Positions 47,329-56,581 of a stretch of DNA of 64,000 nucleotides are shown here, piece by piece; within the stretch, counting starts at the first letter, position 1, and the number at the start of each line of letters is the position of its first letter. Location of the stretch: the NCBI GenBank assembly GCA_934233745.1, contig CAKQGN010000001.1:194621-258620 (forward strand), in the 5' to 3' direction. The position numbers were made by a program, and so were the translations under genes. Source of the DNA: an uncultured Clostridia bacterium (GTDB lineage Bacteria; Bacillota; Clostridia; Christensenellales; CAG-917). The notes beneath the pieces are model-generated. The model worked only from the letters and a program-made list of their open reading frames with translations. It was not told the DNA's origin and did not search any database.

Positions 47329-48954
47329 TTATTTGACGATATACACCTTGCTTTGACATTTTTCAAGAGATATTGCGAGAACTCCGTCGGTGGTGAGGTT
47401 TTCGCCGCTCCATTGCTCTTTTGCACGGTACTCGTTTTGTTTTGTCATCGCGACATATTCATCGTCGACAAGCGTGTTCAAATCGAATTTTACTCTTGTC
47501 CCGTGCGATGCTTTGTTGAAGAAACACACCGCAACCGAACCGTCCGCAAGAGGTTTTGCAAGCACGTCCACAACGCCTTTTCTGACGCGTTTGGCTTGTT
47601 TTGCGAGAGCGTCCTGGTTGATTGCTATCATGTTTCTGTTGGTTACGATACTCTTGACCTGCTCGTTCATATTGCGCAAGTCGTTGCCGAGAATGAGGGG
47701 AGCGTTCATCATGCACCAAAGCGAGAAGTGCGACACGTTTTGATTGTAGGTGAGCTTGCCGTTGCCGACTTCCAGCATATCGGGATCGTTGTAGTGTCCT
47801 TTGCTTGCGTATTTATAGAGCTTGACGGTGTGTTCGTATATGAGCTTTATCCAAACCCACCACGGGCGAATGTCGGGAGTAGTGCGCCACAGATTGCCTG
47901 CTTTTGCGCCCCAGTTGTAGGGTTTGCCCCAACCCCATTCGCAAATTGAAAACACTATGGGTTTTTCCTTTTGTTTGCGCTCTTTTGCAACTCTTGCAGC
48001 GGCGTCTTTGAGTGCTTTGCCCATGCGGCGATATTGATACAATTCGCTGTCGGCATTGCTCGTGACGGGATTGAAGAGTTCGATTTTGTTTTTCCCTGCG
48101 GTGAGATTTACGATGACCTGGAATCTTGCGGTGAGGTTGTAGTGCTTTTGAGGAGGGAAGAGAAGTTCGTATTCTTCGTCGTCGTTGACTTTTGCTATGA
48201 GATATTTTTCGTACGCGCCCTTCTTTTTTATATTGACGGTGAGTACGTATCTGCCGTCCTCGTCGACTTCGATGTTGTTGTATGTGATGCGACCTTGGTT
48301 TGCGTCAAGCCCCGAAACATAGCTTCCGCTCGGAAGTTTTGTGTCCGTCATAAATCTCGCAAGCCCCGAAAGCACCGCATTATGCACGGAATATTCCATC
48401 GGGTGCGAATCGAATTGCGATATGCTTATAGAATATACCAAAGGCGCGTATTTCGAGATGGGAATGTGATGGCAATAATCGTATTTGAAATATTCCACGC
48501 CCCATTTCGCAAGGGTGTAGGCGTCAAACCGTTCTCTGCCGAGGCTTGCGGGCAAATCCTCGCAGGTGAGAGTGCCGTTCGAGGTGTACGCACCGAGCTT
48601 CAAGCCCATTGCGTTGACTTGTTTGACAAGGTTTTCGATACCGCCGGGGAAAGTTTCGTAATCGCCCACAAGCTCGCCGTTTTCGTCGCGCAGAGAGGAT
48701 TGCCAGCAGTCGTCGAGATTGATATATTTGTATCCTGCCTCGATAAGTCCGTTGTCCCTCATCGCTTTTGCGGTGTCGAGAATGAGCTTTTCGTTTATGC
48801 GATTTCTGAATGTGTTCCAGCTTGACCAGCCCATCGGGGGAGTGAGCGCAACGCCGTTTTCGTAATCGGGCAATTGCGGATTTACGCTTGTGGGCTTTTT
48901 CTTTTTGAAAAGGCTTTTGATAAAACAGAACGGACACATGTTGTTACGTTTCAT
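47329..48954 (-). CDS. Glycoside hydrolase family 27 alpha-galactosidase
   Basis: PPMGWSSWNTF and YKYINLDDCW are GH27 catalytic-domain signatures. The RBS is AGGTGAACA. Confidence 0.88.
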   Translation of the reverse strand: MKRNNMCPFCFIKSLFKKKKPTSVNPQLPDYENGVALTPPMGWSSWNTFRNRINEKLILDTAKAMRDNGLIEAGYKYINLDDCWQSSLRDENGELVGDYETFPGGIENLVKQVNAMGLKLGAYTSNGTLTCEDLPASLGRERFDAYTLAKWGVEYFKYDYCHHIPISKYAPLVYSISISQFDSHPMEYSVHNAVLSGLARFMTDTKLPSGSYVSGLDANQGRITYNNIEVDEDGRYVLTVNIKKKGAYEKYLIAKVNDDEEYELLFPPQKHYNLTARFQVIVNLTAGKNKIELFNPVTSNADSELYQYRRMGKALKDAAARVAKERKQKEKPIVFSICEWGWGKPYNWGAKAGNLWRTTPDIRPWWVWIKLIYEHTVKLYKYASKGHYNDPDMLEVGNGKLTYNQNVSHFSLWCMMNAPLILGNDLRNMNEQVKSIVTNRNMIAINQDALAKQAKRVRKGVVDVLAKPLADGSVAVCFFNKASHGTRVKFDLNTLVDDEYVAMTKQNEYRAKEQWSGENLTTDGVLAISLEKCQSKVYIVK

Positions 48955-48973
48955 TGTTCACCTGAATTAAATA

Positions 48974-51811
48974 TTATTTGAGTTTCGGCGCTTTTACGCG
49001 CATTTTTGCGTCGAGGCGTTCGAATTTTTGTTCGATTGCCTCGCCGTGTTCGAGTTTGATTTGATTCATTATGGCAACAAAGCCGACATATGCAATCGTA
49101 AGGATTGCGCCTATTGCAAGCATGGCTTTGCCCATCTCCCACGTGATGTGGTTGTCGAGGCGGAAGAACGTGCGGACAATTTGCACAATGTCGATGTTCC
49201 GACCGTTTACAATCACGTTTATCGACAGGAAGTACGAGCCGACAAAGAGAAATACCATGGCGATGTATGTGAACAAATTGAGTACGACAAGCCACTTGGA
49301 TTTGCCGAATTTGCGTCTTTTTTTCTTCTCTTTTTGAGGTTTGGAGTTGTCGGAATCCACCACCTGCATTACAACGCCGTTTGTGAGCGAGTATCTTTTT
49401 TCTTTTTCGTCAACGTAACCGTCGTACAAGCTGGAATCGATTTTTTGCGCCCTTGCCTCTTCTTTCGCTTTTTCAGCCATATAGTCGCTTATGCCGAAAA
49501 ACGCCGACCAACTCGATAGTTTTGTGGGAAGGGAAACTTTGAACAAAAGCAAGAATCCGACAAACGTGATTATCCATATGAACACCGTCTGCGACTGAGC
49601 GTCGGTGATGTCGGTGAGGAAAAACCTGTTGCATATGATGACTGCAATTGCGCCCATAAGCACGGTTATACCGCCGGGCAGGGCGTTTGACAGCACTTTG
49701 GGCAAGAACCTTCCCGTAACTCTGTCCGCATTCGGTTCGAGTGCAAGCACGACGGAGGGGATGCCTATCGTCACCATACCCATAATCGTGAGATTCTGCG
49801 GAGTGAAGGGGAGAGGATCGACCACAATCATAAACAAAAGTGCCAAAAGCGTGTTGTAAATTGTTTTCATGATGTACAACGCCGCCGAGCGTTCGAGATT
49901 GTTTATCGAACGTCTGCCTTCGGCAACCACTTTTGGCATAGAAGAGAAGTTGCTGTCCAAAAGCACCAGTGAGCTTACGTTTTTCGCCGCGTCCGAGCCC
50001 GAAGCCATTGCAACCGAGCAATCCGCTTCTTTCAGCGCAAGCACGTCGTTGACGCCGTCGCCCGTCATGGCAACGGTGTGTCCCGCTTTTTTGAGTGCTT
50101 TTACGAGCATGAGTTTCTGGTCGGGCAACACGCGTCCGAAAATGGTGTATTTTGTTGCTGCCTCAAAAACTTCTTCTTCGGTTTTCAAAGTGGACATATC
50201 AACGATATTGTCGCAATTTTCAAGCCCTGCGCGCATAGCCACCGCACGCACGGTTTGGGGGTTGTCGCCGGATATGATTTTGACCGTGACGCCTTCTTGT
50301 TTGAAGAAGCGCAGGGTGTCGGGAGCTTCCTTTCTGATCTTATCGGTTATAAAGATATAACTTTCAAGAGAGAGGGTTTTGGGAAGAGTGCCGTCGCCGA
50401 ACATATTTTTCGATGACGCCACAACCATAACTCTAAAACCTTTTTGAGCCATTTCCGAAACGGTGTTTTCCATGGCTTTCGTGCGCTTTTTGAATACGAA
50501 TTCGGGTGCGCCGATGACATATGAAACGCCGTCTATTCTTGCGCCGCTCCACTTACGTTGAGAGGAGAAGGGAACGACTTGTTCGATTGTTCCCGAATTT
50601 TGCAATTCGCCGACATAGGTGCGCAAGGCGTTTATCGTGGCATTGTCGTCCTCAAGCGCGCTTGTCACGTTTTTGATGATTTGATTTATATCGTCGACGT
50701 TTTTTCCTTTTGCAGGCATCACTTCATTGACTTCCATCGTGCCTTCGGTGATAGTGCCTGTTTTGTCGAGGCAAAGCACATCGACGCGTGCGAGAGTTTC
50801 CACGCAATAGAGATCCTGCGCCAGCGTTTTGTGTCGGGAGAGTCGCATAACGCTCACGCAAAACACCGTTGATGACAGAGCGACAAGTCCCGACGGAATC
50901 ATGCCGATGACGGTCGCAACCGTGCCGAGTACCGTTTCGGAGAGGTGCGAACTTATTTTATATCCCAGCAGGGTGGTGATGGTTTTTTGTGCTTCTTCGG
51001 GATTGTTCTGCACAAAGTATTTGACGCAGAACAGCATAATTCCGAGCGGTACGATTATGCTCGCCATGACTTTGACGATAAACATAAGCGAACGCCAGAT
51101 TTCGCTGTTCGGTTTTTTGAAATACTTTGCCCCCGAGCTGATTTTTGTTGCGAAGTTGTCCGCTCCGACATGTTCGACTTGCGCTTTTGCAGTGCCGGAC
51201 ACGACAAAACTGCCCGACATTATTTCATCTCCGGGATTTTTGAGGATTGCGTCGGGCTCGCCCGTGATAAGGCTTTCGTTGACTTCTATCGAGCCTTCCG
51301 CAACGATTGCGTCCGCACAGATCTGACTTCCGCTCGAAAGTATTGTCAAATCGTCCAGAACGATGTCTTTGATTGCGATTTCCTGTTCTTGCCCGTCACG
51401 CAAAACGATGGCTTTGGGCGCGGAAATCAAGGAGAGTTTGTCGATTGTGCGCTTTGCGCGAAGTTCTTGAATAATACCGACAAGCGCATTGAAAATTATC
51501 AAAAGCATGAAGCCGAAGTTGCCAAGAACAGACAAAATGTTTTCGTGCGAATCTATGAAAAAGAAGATTAAAACCGCAAGCACAATAAACACGAAATTGA
51601 AAAACGTGACGATGTTTTCACGCAATATTTGCCCGACGGTCTTTGTTTTTACGTTTGTGTCGCCGTTGACTTTGCCTTCGGCAATCCTTTTTTTCACGTC
51701 CTCCTGTCCGAGTCCTTTTTCAAGGTCGGTGACAAAACGTTCGCTGACGTTTTGTTCTTGCTCCGACATTATTTCGGACGGCATATAGATGTGATCGTGA
51801 TTTTCGGACAT
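48974..51811 (-). CDS. Cation-transporting P-type ATPase (P2-like) with an extra C-terminal membrane extension
   Basis: DKTGTITEG is the phosphorylation site, and MTGDGVNDVLALKEADCSVAMASGSDAAKNVSSLVLLD is the hinge. The ATG at 51811 follows AAGGGAG; the track start at 51829 is probably too early. Confidence 0.88.
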   Translation of the reverse strand: MSENHDHIYMPSEIMSEQEQNVSERFVTDLEKGLGQEDVKKRIAEGKVNGDTNVKTKTVGQILRENIVTFFNFVFIVLAVLIFFFIDSHENILSVLGNFGFMLLIIFNALVGIIQELRAKRTIDKLSLISAPKAIVLRDGQEQEIAIKDIVLDDLTILSSGSQICADAIVAEGSIEVNESLITGEPDAILKNPGDEIMSGSFVVSGTAKAQVEHVGADNFATKISSGAKYFKKPNSEIWRSLMFIVKVMASIIVPLGIMLFCVKYFVQNNPEEAQKTITTLLGYKISSHLSETVLGTVATVIGMIPSGLVALSSTVFCVSVMRLSRHKTLAQDLYCVETLARVDVLCLDKTGTITEGTMEVNEVMPAKGKNVDDINQIIKNVTSALEDDNATINALRTYVGELQNSGTIEQVVPFSSQRKWSGARIDGVSYVIGAPEFVFKKRTKAMENTVSEMAQKGFRVMVVASSKNMFGDGTLPKTLSLESYIFITDKIRKEAPDTLRFFKQEGVTVKIISGDNPQTVRAVAMRAGLENCDNIVDMSTLKTEEEVFEAATKYTIFGRVLPDQKLMLVKALKKAGHTVAMTGDGVNDVLALKEADCSVAMASGSDAAKNVSSLVLLDSNFSSMPKVVAEGRRSINNLERSAALYIMKTIYNTLLALLFMIVVDPLPFTPQNLTIMGMVTIGIPSVVLALEPNADRVTGRFLPKVLSNALPGGITVLMGAIAVIICNRFFLTDITDAQSQTVFIWIITFVGFLLLFKVSLPTKLSSWSAFFGISDYMAEKAKEEARAQKIDSSLYDGYVDEKEKRYSLTNGVVMQVVDSDNSKPQKEKKKRRKFGKSKWLVVLNLFTYIAMVFLFVGSYFLSINVIVNGRNIDIVQIVRTFFRLDNHITWEMGKAMLAIGAILTIAYVGFVAIMNQIKLEHGEAIEQKFERLDAKMRVKAPKLK

Positions 51812-51960
51812 AATCTCCCTTATGCGCATGCGCGCTTTTCATAGTATATATAGATGATTATAGCATAAATTGTTCATTATACAAGAAAAAGTTGACTCAA
51901 AAATGAGTTTTATACATGTTTTTTTGCATAATTGCAACTTTTCCAAAGTATATTTTGCAT

Positions 51961-52626
51961 ATGAAAAGAAAAATATGTTTGATTTTTGTTGCAATATTGT
52001 GCGTTGTTTCCGCTCTTGTCGCTCTTTGCGCATGCAATAAGAAAGACAATGCCGAAAGCAAAGACAACGTGTCAAGGCTCACCGAAGCGTATTATGCCGG
52101 AGAGAGCGATTTGTTTGCCGTCACAATCGAAAAGGGCAGACGTGAAAAGAGCTTTATAGCCGACGGGATTGCAAAGGATGTTTGCGATTTCACAGAGCTT
52201 ACAATCACGCCGCTGAAAAGCAACGAGTATCAGAGCATTGCATACGTCGTCTGCGCCGACAACAAAACCGTATCGGGTGAAATTCAGAGCGGAAAAAGTG
52301 GCGAATTTACGGCATCTATCGCACTCGATTTTGTTCCGACAACGATAAGGGTGACCGCAGGCGAGGCAGAATCGGACATCGAACTATGCTCGATTCTCGA
52401 CGGAAAACTGTCGTCTTCCGACATCATAAATATTGCCAAAGACGCATTCAAAGATAAAATCGACAAAGAGTATTCGGAGGGCAAAGCCGAGCGCGAAATA
52501 TACGTGAAACTCATCACTGCCGACCGCGAATCGTATTATTATTACGTGTCGTTCATCGGTGACGGAGTGGACTACTGGGCGATGCTGATTGACCCGAGTA
52601 CAGGCAATATAATCAGCAAAAAATAA
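51961..52626 (+). CDS. Hypothetical lipoprotein
   Basis: MKRKICLIFVAILCVVSALVALCACNKKDN is a signal peptide with an L-C-A-C lipobox. The track ORF starts upstream, at 51916. Confidence 0.65.
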   Translation: MKRKICLIFVAILCVVSALVALCACNKKDNAESKDNVSRLTEAYYAGESDLFAVTIEKGRREKSFIADGIAKDVCDFTELTITPLKSNEYQSIAYVVCADNKTVSGEIQSGKSGEFTASIALDFVPTTIRVTAGEAESDIELCSILDGKLSSSDIINIAKDAFKDKIDKEYSEGKAEREIYVKLITADRESYYYYVSFIGDGVDYWAMLIDPSTGNIISKK

Positions 52627-52857
52627 GCGTTATAGTGAAAACAAAATATAAAAATCCCTTTTGACTCTCGCAACAAAAAGACGGTTTTCCCGATGAGCGT
52701 CAAAAGGGGATACTTCTCAATAATCCGTAAATTAAAATTTCCGTGACGAATATGGAGTGTTTACATCATATTTTGTAATATGACAATTGCTTTCAAACAA
52801 ACCGCCGAAACCCCGAACGGCGATTTGTTTGTTGATTTGTATGTGAGGAATCGGGGT

Positions 52858-53271
52858 TTACTTTTTGATTGCCTGCGACATAGCGGTTGCCATTTGCGTC
52901 GCTTGCTCCTGAAGACGATCTTGCTCGTACAATTCCATTTGTGCGAAAATCGCTTTTTTGAATTCCTCAGGCTTTTTAATGCCGTAAAATACGACGGGAG
53001 AAGAACCGGCAGTTTCGATTTTCAATCCGCCGTAGCCGAATATCTTTCCGAATAAGCCACTGGCAACGGTCACGTTTTGAATTTTGTTCAAAGGACTTGT
53101 GATCGTGTGGGTGCGAATCAGACCTTTTTTACCGACAATTCTTTTGTTGGTTATAGCCAATTCTGAGGTCAAAAAACTGATAAAGTGCGGAAAAACCGCA
53201 AGGAACGACTTTTTAGCTTTGCGGATGACTTTTTCGTTTTTCGTTAAATTTTGTTCTGCATAGTTACCCAT
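52858..53271 (-). CDS. Bacterial PH-domain (bPH_2/YdbS-YdbT-like) membrane protein
   Basis: The motif pattern SELAITNKRIVGKKGLIRTHTITSPLNKIQNVTVASGLFGKIFGYGGLKIETAG fits the family. Confidence 0.65.
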   Translation of the reverse strand: MGNYAEQNLTKNEKVIRKAKKSFLAVFPHFISFLTSELAITNKRIVGKKGLIRTHTITSPLNKIQNVTVASGLFGKIFGYGGLKIETAGSSPVVFYGIKKPEEFKKAIFAQMELYEQDRLQEQATQMATAMSQAIKK

Positions 53272-53306
53272 TTTATTACCTCCGTAATGGTTGATAAACT
53301 TATTGT

Positions 53307-53351
53307 AATGTAAGAATTCTTAAATGTCAAGAATAAATGTAAGAATTCTTA
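53307..53351. promoter_or_regulatory. Two identical 16-bp sites, AATGTAAGAATTCTTA, each containing the perfect palindrome TAAGAATTCTTA; a likely operator pair
   Basis: The copies are at 53307-53322 and 53336-53351, 29 bp centre to centre. They lie between the divergent PH-domain gene and the XRE regulator gene. Confidence 0.6.
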
Positions 53352-53365
53352 TATGCTAAAAATCT

Positions 53366-53584
53366 ATGAAAGATAACACAATCGGCGAATCGATAAAGCT
53401 CAATCGTATAGAGCAAAAATATACTCAAAAGCAACTTGCGCAAATGATAGGCGTTACGCATGCTGCTATAAGCTATTGGGAAAACGGAATAAATATACCC
53501 AACGTCAAAGATTGCTGGCTGCTTGCCGATGCATTGGAAATTTCAATCGACGAGTTGGTGGGGCGGGACGGCAACGCCGAATGA
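53366..53584 (+). CDS. XRE-family helix-turn-helix transcriptional regulator (72 aa)
   Basis: The HTH_3 pattern is IKLNRIEQKYTQKQLAQMIGVTHAAISYWENG. Confidence 0.85.
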   Translation: MKDNTIGESIKLNRIEQKYTQKQLAQMIGVTHAAISYWENGINIPNVKDCWLLADALEISIDELVGRDGNAE

Positions 53585-53789
53585 GCGAGTAGGTTTGTTG
53601 TGTGGATTGATATAAAATAGCCCTTTGATTGTCAAAACGATTGCAGTCAAGAATCACGCAAGTCGTTTTGGTTGTTGCGCATAAAAGGGTTATTCACCTT
53701 GTGGTATACTAATTGTACTAGAAATTTGTATAAACTGTTTTAATTTTTTACAGGTGTTGCACTTGAAAGTATAATTCACCGCCTGACAT

Positions 53790-53821
53790 AAAAAAGCACC
53801 GTCGCGTGACGGTGTTTTTTA
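53790..53821. terminator. Bidirectional rho-independent terminator (serves hup on the minus strand)
   Basis: AAAAAAG-CACCGTC-GCGT-GACGGTG-TTTTTT. Confidence 0.75.
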
Positions 53822-53843
53822 TGTTGTTTTCGTATCAAAGCAA

Positions 53844-54116
53844 TTAGTTGAACAAATCCTTGAACGCTTTGCCGAATTTGACGACGGGAGCTTTGCTTGC
53901 CGCGATCGTGATCGGTTGCTTTGTAAGGGGATTGAAGCCTTGTCTTTCTGCTTTTTCTTTGATTTCGTAAGAAGCAAAGTTTGCGATTGCGACTTTGTCG
54001 CCTGCTTTGAGTGCTTCTGCGATGACTGCTGCGTATGCGTCAACCGCTGCTGTTGCGTCTTTGATGGAAAGGTCGGCTTTTGCTGCCACTGCTTTGATAA
54101 ATTCTGCTTTATTCAT
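53844..54116 (-). CDS. hup: HU-family nucleoid-associated DNA-binding protein
   Basis: The product is 90 aa, with MNKAEFIKAVAAKADLSIKDATAAVDAY...GFNPLTKQPITIAASKAPVVKFGKAFKD. The RBS is AAGGAGG. Confidence 0.92.
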   Translation of the reverse strand: MNKAEFIKAVAAKADLSIKDATAAVDAYAAVIAEALKAGDKVAIANFASYEIKEKAERQGFNPLTKQPITIAASKAPVVKFGKAFKDLFN

Positions 54117-54278
54117 TTTTGTTCCTCCTTGGGGATTGTATTGCCATTATAGACGAAAAAAACGGCTATTGCAATACTTTTTTTAATATTTGCGCTTCGC
54201 AAGCGATTTTATATCTGTCACCTTTTGCCGTCAAACTTATAGTTTGAAAGCAAAGAAACTTTGCAAGGTCGTTTTCGA

Positions 54279-55622
54279 TTATTGCGGAATTTGCGGCGAA
54301 GGTTGTTCGCTGTCCGATTGGGGAGGGACGTCCGCAGGTGCGGATGTGTTTGTCGAATCCGTCGTTTCATTGACCAAAGGCGGATTGATAGGCGTATCGT
54401 CCGATTTGCTCTTTTTGTATGTAAGTTTCAAAAGCAAGGGCGTAAGCAAGGACGACACGATTATAAGAATAAGCACAAACGGCATAATCGAAGCGTCCAC
54501 AAGCCCGCTGTCCACGCCTTTTTGAGTGCAGACAAGCACGACTTCGGCTCTTGCCATCATTCCGATACCCACACGCAAACTGTCCATAAACGAGTATTTG
54601 CAAATGAGAGAGCCTATTCCGCAACCGAGTACTTTGCCTATAAGCCCCACGGCGATAAACGCAAATCCGAATCCGACGATAGCGGGGGAGATTGCTCCGA
54701 AATCCGCTTTTATACCGATGCTTGCAAAAAACACCGGAGCAAAAATCATATAGTTGCTTATCTCGACTTTGCTGTCGATATAGTCCGATTCCGAGAGTGT
54801 GGAAAGCATGATTCCGGCAACGTATGCGCCGGTGATGTCCGCAACGCCGAACCATTCTTCTGCGGCGTAAGCAAAGAAAAATGCCATCGCAAAACCGATG
54901 ATAGGAATACGTCTGTGATGCTCGGGGTGACGTTTGAGATAATGTTTGAGGATAATGTGCGCAACAAACCCCACTGCGATTGCCGCGGCAAAAAAGCCTA
55001 TCATCTTGCCGATGGAGATGCCGATGCCGTCAAGTCCGTTGCCTTTGTCGAGGGATATGAACAAAGAGAGAAGGATGACGCCGATGATGTCGTCGAGGAT
55101 TGCCGCCGCAACGATAGAAGTGCCGACTTTCGTGTTGAGCTTGCCGAGTTCTTTGAGTGCGGCAACGGTTATGCTGACGCTTGTAGCCGCCAAAATCGCA
55201 CCGTAAAACAGGTTGGTGATGATTTGGTGTTGTTCAACGTGAAAACCGCCGTTGAATGCCGACGCAACCAAAAACCCGAGTCCCAACGGGAAAATCACGC
55301 CCAATATAGTGATCAAAATCGATGGCAAACCGCTTGTTTTGAATTGTTTGAGGTCGGTTTCGAGTCCTGCCGAGAACATGATGAGAATGACGCCGATTTT
55401 CGCAAGAAAGGACAAGCCCTCCATCGTCGATTCGGTGAATACGTTCTGATTCGGGATATACTTTATAAATCCGAGAAGTATGCCCGCAATCAGCATACCG
55501 ACAACCTGTGGCAACCCCAGTTTTTTGCCCATAAGCGAAAACAGCTTCGTGCAAAGAAGAATGAGTGCAAGCGGCAATAGAATTTCAAAGTATGCAATTG
55601 CAGATATTGATTGAGTGAACAT
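54279..55622 (-). CDS. Cation:proton antiporter (CPA2 / Na+/H+ exchanger family)
   Basis: The protein is polytopic, with LGLPQVVGMLIAGILLG, GLETDL and a C-terminal hydrophilic tail. Confidence 0.8.
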   Translation of the reverse strand: MFTQSISAIAYFEILLPLALILLCTKLFSLMGKKLGLPQVVGMLIAGILLGFIKYIPNQNVFTESTMEGLSFLAKIGVILIMFSAGLETDLKQFKTSGLPSILITILGVIFPLGLGFLVASAFNGGFHVEQHQIITNLFYGAILAATSVSITVAALKELGKLNTKVGTSIVAAAILDDIIGVILLSLFISLDKGNGLDGIGISIGKMIGFFAAAIAVGFVAHIILKHYLKRHPEHHRRIPIIGFAMAFFFAYAAEEWFGVADITGAYVAGIMLSTLSESDYIDSKVEISNYMIFAPVFFASIGIKADFGAISPAIVGFGFAFIAVGLIGKVLGCGIGSLICKYSFMDSLRVGIGMMARAEVVLVCTQKGVDSGLVDASIMPFVLILIIVSSLLTPLLLKLTYKKSKSDDTPINPPLVNETTDSTNTSAPADVPPQSDSEQPSPQIPQ

Positions 55623-55691
55623 AGTTTCCTCTATATTTTGAAAAAATTTTATTTATTTTTAGTGGCAGTGCGCCCTGAATAAGTGTCTGTT

Positions 55692-55807
55692 CGGGTGTGG
55701 GTGTCCCGCCCGCAACTGCAACGAAGTTGCAATATCACTTGCGCAAAGCGCAAATATCACTGTTGCCAAAGGCAACAATATCACGCACGCTTTGCGTGCA
55801 TATCACT
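55692..55807 (-). repeat. Second GTGATAT-linker hairpin array (inverted orientation) plus a GGGACACCCACACCCG box
   Basis: The minus strand reads GTGATAT-GCACGC-AAA-GCGTGC, GTGATAT-TGTTGCC-TTT-GGCAACA, GTGATAT-TTGCGC-TTT-GCGCAA and GTGATAT-TGCAAC-TTC-GTTGCA-GTTGCGGGC-GGGACACCCACACCCG. The last unit nearly matches 41007-41035. Confidence 0.8.
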
Positions 55808-56041
55808 TACATTGTCGTTGCCGCAACGCCGTTCGAGCAACTTTGTTATACTCTCTTAAACAGAGGATAGTCAAGCGAAAAAGAGGAAATAAAAGTTAAA
55901 GAAAGATTAAAAATTGTGGCAAAACGTCGTCAAAACCACAAAATATAGTTTTTATTTGACAACGGTTTGAGTTATTGATAAAATAAACTGGTAATTGTGT
56001 GCGTATATTCTAAAAATAAATCACGCGCGCAAGGAGAGAAT

Positions 56042-56476
56042 TTGGACTTTTTGTCATTTCTGACACAAGCTGCGGATTATCTTGTAGGCTTTGCAAAAAC
56101 GTTTGCAGGGCTTGTTGCCGCGCTTACCATATTTATGATTGCAAAATGCTTACCAAAGCGTATTCGAAGATACTTTTCAGCATGCGCGACTTTGGTGATA
56201 ACTTTTGCATTGTTCAGAAGTTCGGTTCAACAGTTTACGCTTTTCACGTTCAAAACGGCGATTGTCAATGTCACTCTTGCGAGCCTGACCGTTTTGACGT
56301 TTTTGTTTTTCATTTACGTTGCAACTTATATCGCAGACACAGCTTCTGTCCGTTTGCTTAACACTCGGCGGAATGTCAAATGCGACTCTCGCATCGTAAA
56401 AGGGTTTGCGCTGCACAATGACGACATAGTCGCATCGTCGTCGTTTTTGCGCATTTCACCGATTTGCTTACAATGA
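56042..56476 (+). CDS. Hypothetical small membrane protein
   Basis: A TTG start follows an AAGGAGAG RBS; the track used GTG at 55997. Three to four hydrophobic helices are present. No family was recognised. Confidence 0.35.
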   Translation: MDFLSFLTQAADYLVGFAKTFAGLVAALTIFMIAKCLPKRIRRYFSACATLVITFALFRSSVQQFTLFTFKTAIVNVTLASLTVLTFLFFIYVATYIADTASVRLLNTRRNVKCDSRIVKGFALHNDDIVASSSFLRISPICLQ

Positions 56477-56581
56477 TTTTATTTTGACGGCATGCTTTTG
56501 CTGTTGCAGATGCGTGCGTGCGCGCGTGTAAATGCGCAATAGAGGGCAAAATGCCCCAATAACTATTTCAGGAGAAAAAAT

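Noticed and set aside
54261-55580. A 439-aa forward ORF
   Set aside because: It is antisense to the well-supported CPA2 antiporter gene. Its translation is Arg/His/Asp-rich low complexity with no motifs.
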